A DNA stretch of 64,000 bases from an uncultured Spirochaetota bacterium. Lineage in GTDB: Bacteria > Spirochaetota > Brevinematia > Brevinematales > JAOACQ01. Of the stretch, positions 9,380 to 19,343 are shown piece by piece. A model generated the notes under the pieces. The model was not told the DNA's origin. It saw only the letters and a list, made by a program, of their open reading frames with translations, and searched no databases. How positions within the stretch are numbered: position 1 is the first letter of the stretch; each line of letters opens with the position of its first letter. A program made the position numbers and the translations under genes. The stretch is from positions 268,480 through 332,479 of the forward strand of contig CAWIGG010000003.1 in assembly GCA_963835575.1 (NCBI GenBank). The letters run 5' to 3'.

Positions 9380-9630
9380 GGGGTCCCCGCAGAATTCGGG
9401 AAATTTAGTACGCTAAGGGATAAAATATTGCTGTAAGGGCCGTGTTTGCTATATTTTTGGCACATTGCTATATCCATATTTCAGCAACAAGATACCCGGT
9501 TTTATCCCTTAGATTCGGCGATTTTACTATGTTTTTAGGGCTATTTCTCCCCTCCATGTTGCTATTTTAGTAGATTTTAGCAACATGCTATCGTTAGCGT
9601 GCTGTTTTGCCCGAATTCTGCGTTCACCCC
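9380..9630. mobile_element. Tn3-derived miniature element, 251 bp
   Basis: Left IR GGGGTCCCCGCAGAATTCGGGAAATTTAGTACGCTAAG; right IR (reverse complement) GGGGTGAACGCAGAATTCGGGCAAAACAGCACGCTAACG; internal TGTTGCTA-like repeats; no TSD. Confidence 0.85.
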
Positions 9631-10792
9631 TTTCAGGACAATGGATTGACAGGCTAAGAAAACAGGTTCCCATGAGATATCTTGTTCTTGATATGGATAG
9701 TTCTGTAAGCGAAACCTATGGCAGACAGGATGGGACAGCATATAACGGACATTTTGGATGTACTTGTTATCATCCTCTTTTTTGTTTCAACCAGTTTGGA
9801 GATGTCGAGTTTGCACTGCTGAGGGAAGGTAATGTACACAGCGCTAAGGACTGGAAAACAGTACTGGAACCAATAGTTTCCCGTTATCGTAATTGAAAGT
9901 TTCCACATTACTTCAGGGGTGATGCCGGCTTTGCCAAGCCGGAGATTTATGAGTACCTGGAATCAGAACACTTCAGGTATGCGATCCGCTTGCCAGCCAA
10001 TGACGTCCTGCATCGTGAAATCGATCATCTCATGACAAGGCCGGTAGGACGGCCATCACATGCACCAGTTGTCTGGTATCATGAATTCCAGTACAAGGCT
10101 GCAGTATGGAATCGGAATCGCCGGGTAATAGCAAAAGTTGAATGGCACCAGGGGGAACTATTCCCCCGTGTTGGATTTATTGTAACAAATCTTCGATCCA
10201 AAAAGAGGAAAGTTGTCCGTTTTTACAATATGAGAGGAACAGCGGAACAATGGATCAAGGAGGGCAAGAATGCGGTAAAGTGGACACGTTTATCGTGCCA
10301 TGACTTTATCGATAATCATGTCCGGCTCCAGTTATTTGTTCTTGCTTACAATCTTGGGAACTTCTTTCGAAAGTCAGCATTACCCAGGTCAATGCGACAT
10401 TGGACAATGACAACTCTCAGGGAGAAACTGATCAAAATCGGCGCTAAAATCGTACGACATGCCCGATATATAGTCTTTCAGATGGCCGAAGTTGCGGTTT
10501 CGCAAGAGATGTTCGCCGCTATTCTTGGAAGAATTGGCAGACTACGGCTCCTTTTTGGAGTTGGCGAATAACAAGATTAAAAACAGAAAAAAGATAATTT
10601 ATACAAGGGATTACTGTCGGGTTTTTGTAAAAAGGTTATCAGAAAATTGCCCGAAATCTGATATTATAAAAACTATGAAGGAATTTCATGAAAAGAAAAC
10701 CTGAAATTGCCATTGACAAGGTTATTTTGCGGTTTTATAATAAGAAAATCTCTCAAAAGGGAGAATACTGTAAGTCATTTGGGAAATATCGG
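9631..10792 (+). mobile_element. IS1380-family element, 5'-truncated, transposase with internal stop
   Basis: LDMDSSVSETYG.Q.G..YNGHFGCTCYHPL, VIAKVEWHQGELFPRVGFIVTN, YN.RGTAEQWIKEGK; TGA at 9894-9896; probable right end GGGAAATATCGG at 10781-10792. Confidence 0.85.
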
Positions 10793-10870
10793 ATAAATAT
10801 TATTTATTTTTTTCATTTTTCACATATTTGAATCGTATTATATATAGAAGCATAAAACGGAGGATTTTTA

Positions 10871-13333
10871 ATGAAGAAACTGTTTTTTATCCCGGTATTG
10901 GCTGTCATATTAACGGCCGGCTGCGCTGTTATTCCCGGAGGTCCTTCCGGCTCTAACAGTTCTTCGGCATCAAGCAGTCCTTCCCAGGTCATCTACCCAA
11001 ACTATATTCTGGAAATCACTTACTGCAGTCCCGGCCCTGATGGGACCTGGTTTACAACGGATGACATCGCCCTGGAGTACCAGATTTATTTTAATAATAA
11101 TCAGGATAATATATTGTACTCAACCGGACCCGACCATATTCCTTTTACTTCCGACGATTATATTGAAGGCTACTGGACCAATATAGGCGGCTACAGCGGC
11201 AAATGGTGCAACGGTCCGGGCCCTGACGGTATATGGTTCACCGCCGACGACCATGTCGAACATGCAGAAAGATGGGACATAAAACCAAACCTTATCTATT
11301 CCAACCAGGGATCGGACGGGACCTGGCTGACAGGCGACGATATTCAATCGGGGTATTATCAGGATACTCTTGACGCGTACGGCGATATTACCAAACGCAT
11401 CCGCTATGGTGGTAAGGGCCTTGACAACACTTGGCAGACTGCTGACGACACTTTAGGACAGGATTGGTTCGGAACATACTGGAAAGCCGACTATGACGGC
11501 GATAAACAGGGCATATACTGGGCCTGGACGCATTACTCTTCATACGATTCTAACGATAATTTGAGAGAATTTCGTCTTCATGTATTTTCAGCCGGCTCGA
11601 AATTTTATACCCGGGAGTATCTTTTTACGAACGCGGGGCCGGACGGCGTCATGTTTACCGGCGATGATCCTCTGGCCTATTACAAAATCGCCATTAAATA
11701 TGATTCCTTTCCGACAAACTTGAACGATAGTTCGGCAAATGTCGATCCCGCAAATATCGGAGATTTAGAGGTTTCCGGTGTTCCCGACGGCAGCCATCCA
11801 TTTACCAATTCCAGGGTCTTCGGTTTTTCACAGATAGGAAATTCTCAGGAAGATCCGCAGGTTTTCACGCTTTGTCCGGACGTCAATATGCGCGCATGGC
11901 AGAAATGGGATATTTGGGGAACGAATACCAGCGATTACAGCCAGGCCTATATCAATAAATGCCGGAGCAGCAATATCCTTTTCATTGCCGGAGGAACGAT
12001 GTCGATCGTGTTCAGAGACGAAGCGGCAAATGACGCCCAGTTCCAGGATTGGGCCACAAGGGATGCAGGGGGAAATCTTATGGAACATGCGGGGATCTCG
12101 CCGGGAGCCTATAGGGGTTCTATGGCTAATCCTTCTTTCCGTGCGCATGTCCTGGAATATTTAAAAAAACAAATCGATCTGGGCGTTGACGGTTTATTCC
12201 TGGATGAATTGGACGGCGGTTATTACGGCAATGAAGGATACGATGATTATTTTATCAGGGACTTTAACCGTTATCTTATGAATAAATATCCCGGATATAC
12301 CAGGAATGACTGGATCCAAAATTTCGGTATGACATCGAATAATGTAATCCGCAGGGACATCCCCTACTCTGATTTATACGGAAATTTTAATTACCGTAAA
12401 TATCTTGAACAAAAAGGCTGGAATGGAAATCCAGGAACAGCGGCAAATCCTCTGGCTCCCGAATGGGGTTATCCTGTTGCAAACCGCTTCGATATTCATG
12501 ACACAAGTTTTACCGGGAAATATGTGGGGCTTTATATTAAAGATATTATGGTTTCGCTTCGGAAATACGCGAGGGATAAATATTCCAGGGAGCTTTTGAT
12601 CACAGCTAATGGAATTTTTCCATGGATGGATTTCAACAGTCTGGGGATGTATGATGGCAATCATGATGATTATGGTATGGTAAACGCGGATTATGTTCCG
12701 GTCCAAGGCGGACATCTCAACGGTTCTAAATCGCTGAAAACCGTCTATTTGAAAATGCTGGCGAAAAGCCGGGATGTTTCAGGCAATGTGCCGCTGGTCC
12801 TCTTTATGGACTGGCCCAATATTATGATTAACGGTTACTATAATCTGTCCCTTGCTGAAAAGGAGGATTTCTGGCGGATCTACGCGGCCGAGGCCTATTC
12901 CTGCGGCCTGCAGTTTGCCTTCCATCTCCGGACGGTTATACCTTCCGAACCGACGGCTACAGATTCCGGAATACTTTCTTTCCTCGCGGATTACTCACGG
13001 TTTTATCAACAGAACGCGGGATTATACCGGAACGTGACGAACACAGGAATTTCTGCTTCAACCGGAGCCAAGACCAATATTGCCTGCAATCTGACTTACC
13101 AGCCTGATAAAGACCGATATATTCTGCATCTTGTAAACCATAATTATAACAATCAGATCATGCCGCAATCGGCTTTTACCGTTTCTCTTAATCTGGACCG
13201 CAGCCCGACAAACATAACGCTGATTTCGCCGGATACGAATATCACGCAAAATTTGTCATTTACAAAGGCTGGAAGTTTATTACAGATCAATGTGGACAAT
13301 ATTGATTTTTATGATGTGTTGATAATCGAATAG
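10871..13333 (+). CDS. Lipoprotein with N-terminal GxDGxxxTxDD repeats and a putative glycoside-hydrolase-like TIM-barrel domain
   Basis: Lipobox LTAGC; six repeats; LGVDGLFLDE motif; C-terminal LHLVN beta-domain typical of GH proteins. Confidence 0.65.
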   Translation: MKKLFFIPVLAVILTAGCAVIPGGPSGSNSSSASSSPSQVIYPNYILEITYCSPGPDGTWFTTDDIALEYQIYFNNNQDNILYSTGPDHIPFTSDDYIEGYWTNIGGYSGKWCNGPGPDGIWFTADDHVEHAERWDIKPNLIYSNQGSDGTWLTGDDIQSGYYQDTLDAYGDITKRIRYGGKGLDNTWQTADDTLGQDWFGTYWKADYDGDKQGIYWAWTHYSSYDSNDNLREFRLHVFSAGSKFYTREYLFTNAGPDGVMFTGDDPLAYYKIAIKYDSFPTNLNDSSANVDPANIGDLEVSGVPDGSHPFTNSRVFGFSQIGNSQEDPQVFTLCPDVNMRAWQKWDIWGTNTSDYSQAYINKCRSSNILFIAGGTMSIVFRDEAANDAQFQDWATRDAGGNLMEHAGISPGAYRGSMANPSFRAHVLEYLKKQIDLGVDGLFLDELDGGYYGNEGYDDYFIRDFNRYLMNKYPGYTRNDWIQNFGMTSNNVIRRDIPYSDLYGNFNYRKYLEQKGWNGNPGTAANPLAPEWGYPVANRFDIHDTSFTGKYVGLYIKDIMVSLRKYARDKYSRELLITANGIFPWMDFNSLGMYDGNHDDYGMVNADYVPVQGGHLNGSKSLKTVYLKMLAKSRDVSGNVPLVLFMDWPNIMINGYYNLSLAEKEDFWRIYAAEAYSCGLQFAFHLRTVIPSEPTATDSGILSFLADYSRFYQQNAGLYRNVTNTGISASTGAKTNIACNLTYQPDKDRYILHLVNHNYNNQIMPQSAFTVSLNLDRSPTNITLISPDTNITQNLSFTKAGSLLQINVDNIDFYDVLIIE

Positions 13334-13344
13334 GGATAAATTGG

Positions 13345-13385
13345 GCTGTCCCAAAGGTTTCACGCTTTTGGGACAACTTTTTTTT
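13345..13385 (+). terminator. Rho-independent terminator
   Basis: TGTCCCAAAG...TTTTGGGACA stem followed by a T-run. Confidence 0.75.
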
Positions 13386-13497
13386 ATTTCAAAATAATTT
13401 TCCCCCATCAATTAATTAAAGAAATATTTTTCAATTTTTTCAATTTTTACATATTTGAATCGTATTATATACAGAAGCATTAACAGGAGGATTTCAA

Positions 13498-16400
13498 ATG
13501 AAGAAGCTGATATTTTTTGTTCCGGTATTAGCTGTTATATTACTAACCGGCTGTGTACTGATGCCGTCCGGCAATAACAGCCGGAACAATAATGGTAATA
13601 TTGCCGACACAACTACCAGCTGGAACTTTATCACCGGCAAGACCGGGAGTAAGACCGTCATGACGCGTGTGGATGGAAATTATTCGGCGGGCGTCAACAT
13701 CGGAATGGACAAATACGCTTCCATATCCGTTTTGAGCGAAATAAAAAGCAAAGCTTCCAGAGACCTGCTGAATGGGGCTAAAAATCTTCTTTTTGACGGG
13801 ACCAACTCCACACCCCCCGGCTACTCCTGCGCTTTTGAGTACAACAGCGATTATTATATGCTCTTCGGATACAGCCAGGGTATCTTTAAACTCTATAAAT
13901 ACTCCAGTGAGGATGATACAAATGTTTACTTTACATCCAGTTCTCTCTGGGATTTTTCCCAGGTCAGCAATATCATCAATTCGGCTCCTTATAATAGTAT
14001 GCAGACGCCATGGATATTATGCCCGACATACAATGACGCAAGAAAAACGTTCTATTTCACGCTCTGCTATTGGGTGCATAATACAGTTAAAGGGGATTAT
14101 ATCAAGATCAGAATATATGAGTCCAAACTTCAGGGCTCCGCTTTCGGACCGGCCTCAGAACTAAGGGGCACAATTAACCCCTTCCATCCCATTCATTACC
14201 TGAACGGACAGTGGCACAGCGAAAATGACTTTAGCGGACGGGGCGGACTCTGGTGGGTCGGCAGGATGTATGTGACCCAGGACGGTAAAAAGGTTTATTT
14301 CAACTGCATGAACCTTAACGGGGATAATACCGTCATGAAGCAGACTTCGCCTTTTATTCCCCCTCTGCCGAATGCCAATGATCTGGCCGGTTCGGGAATA
14401 TCCGATATGTTTGACCCGCGGATGATCCGGACATATGTCTGTTCGGCTGACATACTGGACGACGGTACCCTGACGAACGTCCGGCAGCTTCCTTCAAGCA
14501 TCAACCGCGGAGGCGTCAACTTTGTCTGCGATATCTCGCCCGACGGATCGACGCTCTATATAGCGCATATGAATATGGATGCCGCCGGCTGGGCAGCCCT
14601 CTGGGCGGCCGGCTGGGGCCCAGACGGTTTGGTCCTTCAATGCTGTCAACAGCTTGCCTCAGATGTACAGTACTGGAACGGCACTATTGAGGCAATGAGT
14701 TCAATTGTGCCTACAGGAAGCCTGACTCTGGAATTATTGTTTGACGGTTACATCGCCGACACAAGCGGTTTTAATCAGCCCTTTACCGTAAACGGGACCG
14801 TTCTGACCAACGATAGGAATAATAATCCGAAAAACGCCAGTTATTTTAACGGCGTCAGCGATTATATCACCATTCCGGATTTGAGAAATACGGCGTCCTT
14901 TACATACAGCTGCTGGTATTACTATATCTCCAATACCGGGAACTGGGACAGGCTTCTCTATTTCGGAAAGGATTCCGACAATAATATCAGCCTGCATATC
15001 CGGAATCAGGGAGGCGCCTATCTGCAGTACTGGTATAATTATAATAATAACCTCGCCTCAAGCGTTATCAGTTCGACCGTAATGCAAACGAACCAGTGGT
15101 ACCATATCGCGCTTGTCGTGGATTCCCAGGCAAAGACCAGCTCTTTATACATCAACGGAAATCTTGACGCTTCAAGCGCCTGGGCACTCGACCATACGCC
15201 TGCGGACTTGGGAGCCTGCTCTGAAAACTATATAGGAAGAATCGGCAATGATTATTTAAAGGGCATTCTGGACGATATCCGGTTTTATAACCGCGCCCTT
15301 AATTCCAGCGAGATCGCTAAATTATGGGGCGGGCCTGTTACTACCAACGGTTCCGACTCAAGGCTGCCGGACATACCTGATGATCAACTGGTTCATAACG
15401 GGAACCCGAATAATTATAATGTCTATATATTAACAGGGGATTCCCTTTCCAACGAATCCGTTACGGTGAACAACCTCGCCGTCGATACCTCAACCGTCGG
15501 ATCGATATCGGCATCCGTCCAGAATATCCTCAATTCCAAAAACACATTGACGGTGGTATCCGAGACTTACTCGCCGTCCCCCGACTATGTCATTGACTAT
15601 ACCGGCCCGGCTAAACAGGTTTCCGACACTTATTACGGCGTCAACATACAGATCATAAGCCACCGGTTTTTCACTCTGCCGAAGTATAAAGAACTGATCA
15701 GGAATATCAAAGTGGATATAGCCCGTTTTCCCGGCGGCCAGGAAAAGGTCCGCTATGACCGGAATGATCCATCCTCGGACAATGATGAACTGGGTACAAA
15801 CGGGCCGTACCAATTTAAATTGACAGGGGGAGATGTATCCAATTATATCGCTTTATGCCGCGAACTGAATATTCAGGCGGAACCGGAAGTCAATCTTTAT
15901 AATGATAATGTTGACATGGAAAGCAATATGATCGACCAGATCGTGAACGGACTGGGATATGACCTTAAATATATTTCCGCCGGAAATGAACCTGATAATG
16001 ACACCGCTAATTATATAGATGTATATAAACGCTACTTCCAGGCTATAAGAGCCGTCAAACCGGATGTCTCTTTTGCTTTTTCAGAACTTTGCTCCTGGGA
16101 TAATCCGGATTTAAATAATTACCTGGACAATATGCTGGGCCAGTTGAGCGGCTGCAACCCGGGAGCCCTTTCAGTCCACTGGTATATGCTCGGCGATCAT
16201 GGACAGGATCCGAACTCGCCCGATTATCCTTCCATTGAACATCTGGTTATCCGGAATAACAGCCACATTGAAATATCCTACCTTTCAAATATCTATTTAA
16301 CAATGAAACAGAAAAGGGACCAATATATACCGGGCAGCAAGCTTTTTATCGGAGAATTTAACGCATGCTGGAGCGCTACGCCGGCATCTGTAGTAATACA

Positions 16401-16812
16401 AGATTCCCTGGCAACGGCCATATATACGGCAGAGGTTTTTGAATACGGCAAAAAGCTCGGTTTCGATTCCATGCAGTATTTCAGCCTGTCGGACCCTCTG
16501 GAATGGGATTTATGGAAACCGGCATTAATCGCCGTTAAAAACGACTATGATACCATGGTCGTCAGGCCCCAGTATTATGTCCGGATGTTCTACAAATATG
16601 TTTGCGGCGATAAATTTGTCGATATCGCCGATAATCAAAAAGATGATTACTCAATTTACGCTTCCAAAGACAATAATTATAATTATCTCATGCTCATCAA
16701 CCGGACGGAAGATAAAAACTACAAAATGTATACAAGGGTCATCACTCAGCAGGGTACAAAATGCCTGAAGCTGATATTGCCCAAACATTCGGTAACGGCT
16801 ATAAAGTTTTAA
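13498..16812 (+). CDS. Large lipoprotein: N-terminal beta-rich region, LamG/ConA-like domain, C-terminal clan-A glycoside-hydrolase-like domain
   Basis: Lipobox LLTGC; NQWYHIALV...LYING, GILDDIRFYNRAL (LamG); RFPGG, SAGNEPD, FIGEFN (GH-A catalytic-like). Confidence 0.75.
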   Translation: MKKLIFFVPVLAVILLTGCVLMPSGNNSRNNNGNIADTTTSWNFITGKTGSKTVMTRVDGNYSAGVNIGMDKYASISVLSEIKSKASRDLLNGAKNLLFDGTNSTPPGYSCAFEYNSDYYMLFGYSQGIFKLYKYSSEDDTNVYFTSSSLWDFSQVSNIINSAPYNSMQTPWILCPTYNDARKTFYFTLCYWVHNTVKGDYIKIRIYESKLQGSAFGPASELRGTINPFHPIHYLNGQWHSENDFSGRGGLWWVGRMYVTQDGKKVYFNCMNLNGDNTVMKQTSPFIPPLPNANDLAGSGISDMFDPRMIRTYVCSADILDDGTLTNVRQLPSSINRGGVNFVCDISPDGSTLYIAHMNMDAAGWAALWAAGWGPDGLVLQCCQQLASDVQYWNGTIEAMSSIVPTGSLTLELLFDGYIADTSGFNQPFTVNGTVLTNDRNNNPKNASYFNGVSDYITIPDLRNTASFTYSCWYYYISNTGNWDRLLYFGKDSDNNISLHIRNQGGAYLQYWYNYNNNLASSVISSTVMQTNQWYHIALVVDSQAKTSSLYINGNLDASSAWALDHTPADLGACSENYIGRIGNDYLKGILDDIRFYNRALNSSEIAKLWGGPVTTNGSDSRLPDIPDDQLVHNGNPNNYNVYILTGDSLSNESVTVNNLAVDTSTVGSISASVQNILNSKNTLTVVSETYSPSPDYVIDYTGPAKQVSDTYYGVNIQIISHRFFTLPKYKELIRNIKVDIARFPGGQEKVRYDRNDPSSDNDELGTNGPYQFKLTGGDVSNYIALCRELNIQAEPEVNLYNDNVDMESNMIDQIVNGLGYDLKYISAGNEPDNDTANYIDVYKRYFQAIRAVKPDVSFAFSELCSWDNPDLNNYLDNMLGQLSGCNPGALSVHWYMLGDHGQDPNSPDYPSIEHLVIRNNSHIEISYLSNIYLTMKQKRDQYIPGSKLFIGEFNACWSATPASVVIQDSLATAIYTAEVFEYGKKLGFDSMQYFSLSDPLEWDLWKPALIAVKNDYDTMVVRPQYYVRMFYKYVCGDKFVDIADNQKDDYSIYASKDNNYNYLMLINRTEDKNYKMYTRVITQQGTKCLKLILPKHSVTAIKF

Positions 16813-16832
16813 TATTAAACATTCATTATAAC

Positions 16833-16867
16833 GAAACAGGGTTGGATACTATGTCCAACCCTGTTTC
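16833..16867 (+). terminator. Hairpin terminator
   Basis: GAAACAGGGTTGGA...TCCAACCCTGTTTC. Confidence 0.7.
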
Positions 16868-16894
16868 TATTAAAGATCAGTATTAATCCTTGAA

Positions 16895-16973
16895 GGGGTC
16901 CCGCCAACATTTCCGACAAAACCCCCTCTAAGTGATTTTCTTAGCATACTATTTTTCCCGAATTCTGCGTCAA
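16895..16973. mobile_element. Pair of facing Tn3-family IRs (Tn4430-like left; decayed Tn1721-like right)
   Basis: GGGGTCCCGCCAACATTTCCGACAAAACCCCCTCTAAG (16895-16932); reverse complement of 16940-16973 TTGACGCAGAATTCGGGAAAAATAGTATGCTAAG lacks the GGGG tip. Confidence 0.7.
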
Positions 16974-17062
16974 TTATTTCTTTGATAATAGGTTGCCTTC
17001 CCTTTCCCCATTCTTTTATAAGACCCAAACCGATTAATTTATCAAAATCTTTTGCTCTGGTT

Positions 17063-17099
17063 GGGGTCAGCTCACGAAACGGGAAAAATCGTAGCTAAG
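17063..17099 (+). mobile_element. Tn3-family terminal inverted repeat
   Basis: GGGGTCAGCTCACGAAACGGGAAAAATCGTAGCTAAG. Confidence 0.7.
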
Positions 17100-17119
17100 G
17101 TTTAAAGTTACTTAAGATA

Positions 17120-18544
17120 TTATATTTTTAGTTCATTTGGTATTAAAGGAAGTTCAATAATAAAAGTGGACCCATTATTCTTACTCTCAACTCTGATAAT
17201 ACCACCAAACATTTCAATTACTCTTTTAGAAATAGATAACCCGACTCCAGTCCCTGGATAGTTAGTTAACTTACTATCCTTTATCCTGAAAAATCGGTCA
17301 AAAATCTTTTCTTGATTTTCAATACTGATACCAATACCAGTATCAATCACTTCTATGAAAGCTTTATTTTGAATAATTTTAGAAATAATGGATACAGTTC
17401 CAGTTTCTGTAAATTTAACAGCATTTTCAACAATATTAAATAATGCCAGATATATTAATTCTTTATCCACCATAACTTTTGCATTAGAAAGACCATCTTG
17501 ATTATTAAAAAGTATATTCTTACTTTCGGCAAGTGAGGTAAGATTTTCAAAAACCTGATTTATGCTATGTTGCAATAGTATGGGCTCTTTGGAAAAGTTA
17601 GCACTTTCCTCCAACCTTGCTAATAGGAGAAGTTTATTAATCAAGGTCTGAAGAAAAGCAGTTGATTCTAATAAATAATAAAAAGATTCTTTGAGATCAT
17701 CATTAAGATCAGGGGAATTGATTTGATTCTCAATTTTAATCCGGATGACTGATAAAGGGGTTTTTAATTCATGTGCTACATCTGAAATGAATTGTTTCTG
17801 GTGCTCAAACGACTTTTCAATCCGGGATAAAAGATTATTGATTTCATCAGTCAATTGACCCAATTCATCTCCGGGATTCTCAAGAGGTATCCTTTCATGC
17901 AGGTTGTTAGTACTTATCCGGTTTGTCCTCACTATAATTGTCTTTATCGGTTTTAGAATTCTCCCGCCGAATAAATAGCCCACTATACCGATGAAACCAA
18001 GGAAGAGAAAAACACCAAGAAAATCAGCTATTGAAATTAATTGAAATTCCTTAAAATAATCATTGTATTTTACAGCTGTGATTATATAATAGTGAATTTT
18101 ACTATTGAGAAAAACGGGTTCTATGCGGGTTCTGAAATATGACTGTTCGTCATGATTTTCTGGTTTACTCAAGCTAACTTTTGTGTTATGGATTCTTTTT
18201 GATTTTTTTAATGCTGAAGTCATAATAAAATCTGAATCACTTAAAACAATAGGATTTATCTTTGCATAGGATGAAATATAAAGAATCTGTTTATCTGAAG
18301 AAAGGACCATTGTCCATCTATCATCAATCAAGGATAAATCATCCGTTTCTTTAGTTATTATGAAGTCTTTATCCTTATCTAATTCAAAAATGTTAATTAT
18401 CTCTTTAGTTAAATTTTTTAATTCTTTATCCTCAGAATCGTAAGTGAGCTTAACGAATAGTGCTAGGACAAAAACACTAAAGATGATTATGATTGTTGCG
18501 CTCAATGCTATGTATAATAGTGAAATACGTGTTCTGATTTTCAT
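17120..18544 (-). CDS. HAMP-domain sensor histidine kinase
   Basis: 2 TM, HAMP (DELGQL), FISDVAHELKTPL, NIVENAVKF, DTGIGI, GTGVGLSI. Confidence 0.95.
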   Translation of the reverse strand: MKIRTRISLLYIALSATIIIIFSVFVLALFVKLTYDSEDKELKNLTKEIINIFELDKDKDFIITKETDDLSLIDDRWTMVLSSDKQILYISSYAKINPIVLSDSDFIMTSALKKSKRIHNTKVSLSKPENHDEQSYFRTRIEPVFLNSKIHYYIITAVKYNDYFKEFQLISIADFLGVFLFLGFIGIVGYLFGGRILKPIKTIIVRTNRISTNNLHERIPLENPGDELGQLTDEINNLLSRIEKSFEHQKQFISDVAHELKTPLSVIRIKIENQINSPDLNDDLKESFYYLLESTAFLQTLINKLLLLARLEESANFSKEPILLQHSINQVFENLTSLAESKNILFNNQDGLSNAKVMVDKELIYLALFNIVENAVKFTETGTVSIISKIIQNKAFIEVIDTGIGISIENQEKIFDRFFRIKDSKLTNYPGTGVGLSISKRVIEMFGGIIRVESKNNGSTFIIELPLIPNELKI

Positions 18545-19224
18545 TTCAGATCCTTATCAGTTAAAATAAATCCAAAACCTCTTTTTGTTTGAATGAGTGA
18601 TTTTTCTTGAGTATCAATTTTTTTTCTCAAATTTTTAATATGAACATCAATGAAATTTGACATGGAAGTCTGGTCGAGTGATTCTCCCCATATATGTTCT
18701 CCAATATCTATTCTAGTTACCAACCGGTCTTTATTGTATGCTAAGAACTCAATGATTTCATACTCTTTTGGAGAAAGGCTAATCAATATTCCTTTACTCT
18801 TTGCTTGTTTGAGAGAAGTATTGATTTCAAGATTGCTTATTATTATTATATTCTGACTGATTTTAAACTCCCTCCGTAAAAGGGATCTGATCCTGGCTAA
18901 TAGTTCAGAAATTGCGAATGGTTTCGTTAAATAGTCTTCCGCACCAAGGTCCAAACCTTTCACTCTATCTTCCACTAAATTTTTTGCCGACAACATTAAC
19001 ACTGGGATAGAAAGAGAATTTTTCCTGATAGTTTTCAATACAGCAAAACCGTCGACTCCGGGAAGCATGATATCCAATATCATTAAATCAAAGAGAGATT
19101 CAAAGACTTTATCCAGAGCTTCTTCACCATTTGCAGCCCTTTCCACTAGGTATTTCTCACTGATCAGAGTATCAGCAATGCTTTTAGCTAAAAGCGGATC
19201 ATCTTCAACTAATAAAATTTTCAT
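18541..19224 (-). CDS. OmpR-family response regulator
   Basis: MKILLVEDD, LDIMLPG, DYLTKPF, wHTH IDVHIKNLRKKI. Confidence 0.95.
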   Translation of the reverse strand: MKILLVEDDPLLAKSIADTLISEKYLVERAANGEEALDKVFESLFDLMILDIMLPGVDGFAVLKTIRKNSLSIPVLMLSAKNLVEDRVKGLDLGAEDYLTKPFAISELLARIRSLLRREFKISQNIIIISNLEINTSLKQAKSKGILISLSPKEYEIIEFLAYNKDRLVTRIDIGEHIWGESLDQTSMSNFIDVHIKNLRKKIDTQEKSLIQTKRGFGFILTDKDLK

Positions 19225-19281
19225 TTTATACCTATAAATTATTTAATAGTATTACACGCAGCATTTCATATTTCAAGTTTT

Positions 19282-19319
19282 TTAACCTTCATTCAATCTT
19301 CATAGTAGTAAGTTATAAT
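19282..19319 (+). promoter_or_regulatory. Tandem 11-bp direct repeat (OmpR-family box-like) and -10 element
   Basis: TTAACCTTCAT/TCAATCTTCAT followed by TATAAT at 19314 in the divergent intergenic region. Confidence 0.55.
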
Positions 19320-19343
19320 ATAAAAGATTTATAGGAGAGAATT

